Part shown: piece by piece, positions 61,917 to 64,000 of the stretch
Position numbering within the stretch: the stretch's first letter is position 1
Layout: every line of letters starts with the position of its first letter
Assembly: GCA_030627385.1 (NCBI GenBank)
Contig: DAOUSF010000001.1
Span: 12,077-76,076, forward strand
DNA: 64,000 nt
Reading direction: 5' to 3'
DNA from: Methanosarcinales archaeon
GTDB taxonomy: Archaea; Halobacteriota; Methanosarcinia; Methanosarcinales; Methanocomedenaceae
The notes under the pieces: model-generated
The model's input: only the letters and a program-made list of their open reading frames with translations
Database searches by the model: none
Told to the model about the DNA's origin: nothing
Made by a program: the position numbers and the translations under genes

Positions 61917-62255
61917 ATGGAAAATCCTCTTGTACTGTGTAATAGATTTCCAAACGACAAGCTGACTTTGGAAAAACTCGCTGAGGAAGCGGCAGAAGTT
62001 ATCCAGGCTAAATCAAAGATCATTCATTTTGGTTTGCTGGACACATACAATAATACCAAAAATCATCCTGATCAGACAAATCAGGAGAAACTTGAAACTG
62101 AATTAGGCCATCTTTTTGCTGTTGTGGACATCCTTGTCGCTCGGGGAATAGTGCGATATGATAGGATATATGGAGTAAAAGAAGAAAAATGGGATAAGAT
62201 GGAACACTGGAATAAACACAAAGGATCTATAACGAAAAAAGGAGAATTATTTTGA
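61917..62255 (+). CDS. MazG-like nucleotide pyrophosphohydrolase
   Basis: LEKLAEEAAEVIQAKSK...LETELGHLFAVVDIL fits the all-alpha NTP-PPase EExxE...ExxD/H pattern. Confidence 0.5.
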   Translation: MENPLVLCNRFPNDKLTLEKLAEEAAEVIQAKSKIIHFGLLDTYNNTKNHPDQTNQEKLETELGHLFAVVDILVARGIVRYDRIYGVKEEKWDKMEHWNKHKGSITKKGELF

Positions 62256-63019
62256 TTAAAGTACTTATTATGAATGGACCCGCTGAATCTGGAAAAGGAA
62301 CAGTTGCAAAGTATCTAAAAGAATTGTTTGAATTTAAAATTGGGGAATATTCTTCAATTACTTATGTCAAAGCAGTTGCAATCGGTACGTTCGACTGGAA
62401 TGGCAAGAAGGACACGGCTGGAAGAAACCTTCTTGCAGGAATCAAACAAGCCATGATAGCTTACAATGATCTGCCTACAAAAAAAGTGATTGAGGAAATA
62501 GATCGTGCGTCTGCCTATAACGTAGATATTCTTATAGTAGATATCAGAGAACCTGATGAAATTGAAAAACTGGTAACAATTTGTAAATTCAAGAGTTTGC
62601 AATGTGTTACCTGTCGTGTCATTAATACAAAGGCAGAAATCGAGGCTGAGAAAAATGATCTTAGTATAACTGGTGATCGTTTGTATGGTAAATATGATTA
62701 CGATGTGGAAATTGACAACAATGGTACTCTGGAACAGTTGAAAAATAATGTAAAGGCCGTCTTTGGGGATGTTTATGGTAGCGTGGGTTGTGGTACATCA
62801 CCCGATCATGTGATTGATTCCATGAAGTATGCCATGAAAGCGATGTCAGGCACAGTTAATGTTGTAAAAGGAAAAAACGAGAATAACCGTCAGCTTCCTT
62901 TCATTTCCTTGGTACATGGAAGGACTTGTAGTGAATGTGATTCTGAAAATGTATTCATGAGTCAGGCACACAATGCTATAGTTTGTGATTTTTGTGGACA
63001 ACGATATAACGGGAGATAA
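62252..63019 (+). CDS. P-loop (d)NMP kinase-like protein with C-terminal zinc ribbon
   Basis: LIMNGPAESGKGT (P-loop), WNGKKDTAGRNLL, C-terminal CSEC...CDFCG. TTG start in the track. Confidence 0.45.
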   Translation: MIKVLIMNGPAESGKGTVAKYLKELFEFKIGEYSSITYVKAVAIGTFDWNGKKDTAGRNLLAGIKQAMIAYNDLPTKKVIEEIDRASAYNVDILIVDIREPDEIEKLVTICKFKSLQCVTCRVINTKAEIEAEKNDLSITGDRLYGKYDYDVEIDNNGTLEQLKNNVKAVFGDVYGSVGCGTSPDHVIDSMKYAMKAMSGTVNVVKGKNENNRQLPFISLVHGRTCSECDSENVFMSQAHNAIVCDFCGQRYNGR

Positions 63020-63020
63020 A

Positions 63021-63173
63021 ATGACACAATACGAGGAATTACACAATCAATTAATGTATAATCCTTGGACAGGTAATTTTTATTGGAAAATAGATAAAGC
63101 TAACGGCAAAGTAAAGGCAGGGGAACAGTGTGTTAATTGGGCGGGATGTGATGATAACAGTCCCGCATTTTAA
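63021..63173 (+). pseudogene. truncated relic of an HNH endonuclease gene (paralog of 47388..47930)
   Basis: ELHNQLMYNPWTGNFYWKIDKANGKVKAG aligns with ELLRQLMYNPWNGLFYWKVSNYWSVKVGS of the 47388 ORF. The ORF stops after 50 aa, before any HNH or AP2 motif. Confidence 0.6.
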
Positions 63174-63207
63174 TATGTAAAAAATAATATACAAAAAGGA
63201 ATTTAAA

Positions 63208-64000
63208 ATGGCACAAAATGTAATCTTTGTGGAAGCAACAAACTTACCTGATCTATGGTATCAAACTCTATACAAAGCGGTAGAGTTTGGAAGAGATTTT
63301 ACAGTAGATACGGGATCATATGAAGGCCAAAGACGAAAAGAGTTCGATTTTGTTGTCCTACATTCTAAATGTCCTGGGGTGGGGGCACTTCTTCCGAAAC
63401 TGAATCCCGCTTTGAATCTGGATGATCCTTGTGCCCAAGATTTTCTTGATCAATATATGCCTTACCTCATGACTGGAGAAGAACAACCTGGTGAGGCGTA
63501 CACGTACGGACAAAGAATATGTGCCGCCAAACTTAGTGTGGCTGATATGAGTGCGAGTGGAATGGCTAACACTGACATCATGATATCAGGTTTCGGTGAG
63601 TTAGTGGAACAAGGAATAATTTCTTTGTATAAAAATAATGAAAATGTAAAAGAAGGCGAAGGGTGGGACCATCTTCGTGTAAATCAATTGGAACTCATGA
63701 TTTGGACATACAAAAATAAAGGATTTCGTAACAATCAAATGATTTTACAAGTAGGAAAACCTACTGACATGCTTCTGAAAGATCCTCCTTGTCTGCGCCA
63801 CATTGGTACCAGGATTCAAGACGGTAAACTTCACTTCTATCCTTATTTCAGATCATGGGATTTATGGGGAGGTCTTCCTGCGAATCTCGCTGCCATAGAA
63901 CTCATGAAACAATATTGCGCGGAACAGATTGGTGTTGAAAATGGAGAGATCATATGCTCAAGTAAAGGGTTACATTTGTATTCATATGTGTGGGAGATTG
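63208..64000 (+). CDS. divergent thymidylate synthase (ThyA)-family enzyme, 3'-truncated by the window end
   Basis: RBS AAAGGAA. EAYTYGQRI and DPPCLRHIGTRIQDGKLHFYPYFRSWDLWGGLPANLAAIELM are collinear with ThyA LPPCH...GKL...YQRS.D...GLP.N. No stop before position 64000. Confidence 0.6.
   Translation, partial: MAQNVIFVEATNLPDLWYQTLYKAVEFGRDFTVDTGSYEGQRRKEFDFVVLHSKCPGVGALLPKLNPALNLDDPCAQDFLDQYMPYLMTGEEQPGEAYTYGQRICAAKLSVADMSASGMANTDIMISGFGELVEQGIISLYKNNENVKEGEGWDHLRVNQLELMIWTYKNKGFRNNQMILQVGKPTDMLLKDPPCLRHIGTRIQDGKLHFYPYFRSWDLWGGLPANLAAIELMKQYCAEQIGVENGEIICSSKGLHLYSYVWEI

Noticed and set aside
1-64000. Prophage or lysogeny signals, bacterial defence islands, and structural or lysis modules.
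   Set aside because: I recognised no integrase, repressor/Cro pair, att-like flanks, capsid, tail or terminase genes, or holin/endolysin motifs. The window appears to cover only the early, replication and nucleotide-metabolism part of the genome.

Overview
The window reads as the early and DNA-metabolism arm of a large, low-GC, probably virulent dsDNA phage. I saw no integrase, structural genes, lysis genes, tRNAs or CRISPR array. A few short minus-strand genes (1-855) diverge from a roughly 2.26 kb ORF-poor control region (856-3115). That region is packed with short repeats, including a 13-unit array of 20-bp iterons that is a candidate replication origin. From 3116 to the window end there are about 125 tightly packed plus-strand genes, most with strong Shine-Dalgarno sites.

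Recognisable content:
- An early block of small unknown genes, split into roughly 3-4 kb units by five copies of one sigma70-like promoter, and including an ArdC-like antirestriction protein.
- A replication module: SF2 and UvrD-like helicases, a primase, an initiator-like protein, a DnaB-like helicase, a candidate sliding clamp, a clamp loader and a family A polymerase with an N-terminal UDG-like domain.
- A complete 7-deazaguanine (preQ) pathway (FolE, QueD, QueE, QueC, QueF) next to a DpdA-like transglycosylase candidate. This predicts deazaguanine-modified phage DNA, probably dPreQ1.
- A T4-like recombination and repair set: gp32-like SSB, RecA/UvsX-like recombinase, a possible UvsY, FEN/RNase H, an endonuclease VII homolog, an ATP-dependent ligase, and Mre11 with a split Rad50.
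- Nucleotide-metabolism genes: dCMP deaminase, a MazG-like protein, a P-loop kinase and a divergent ThyA-like enzyme cut off at the window edge.

The most striking theme is heavy colonisation of these core genes by selfish elements. LAGLIDADG inteins sit inside both the DpdA-like gene and the polymerase. One HNH gene is inserted at the 3' end of the SF2 helicase and left a recoded duplicate of the helicase C-terminus. An HNH/NUMOD module is fused in frame to QueD with a duplicated QueD N-terminus. There are also free-standing GIY-YIG and HNH-AP2 genes and a truncated HNH relic.

All calls rest on motifs read by eye and recalled family signatures. No database search was run.
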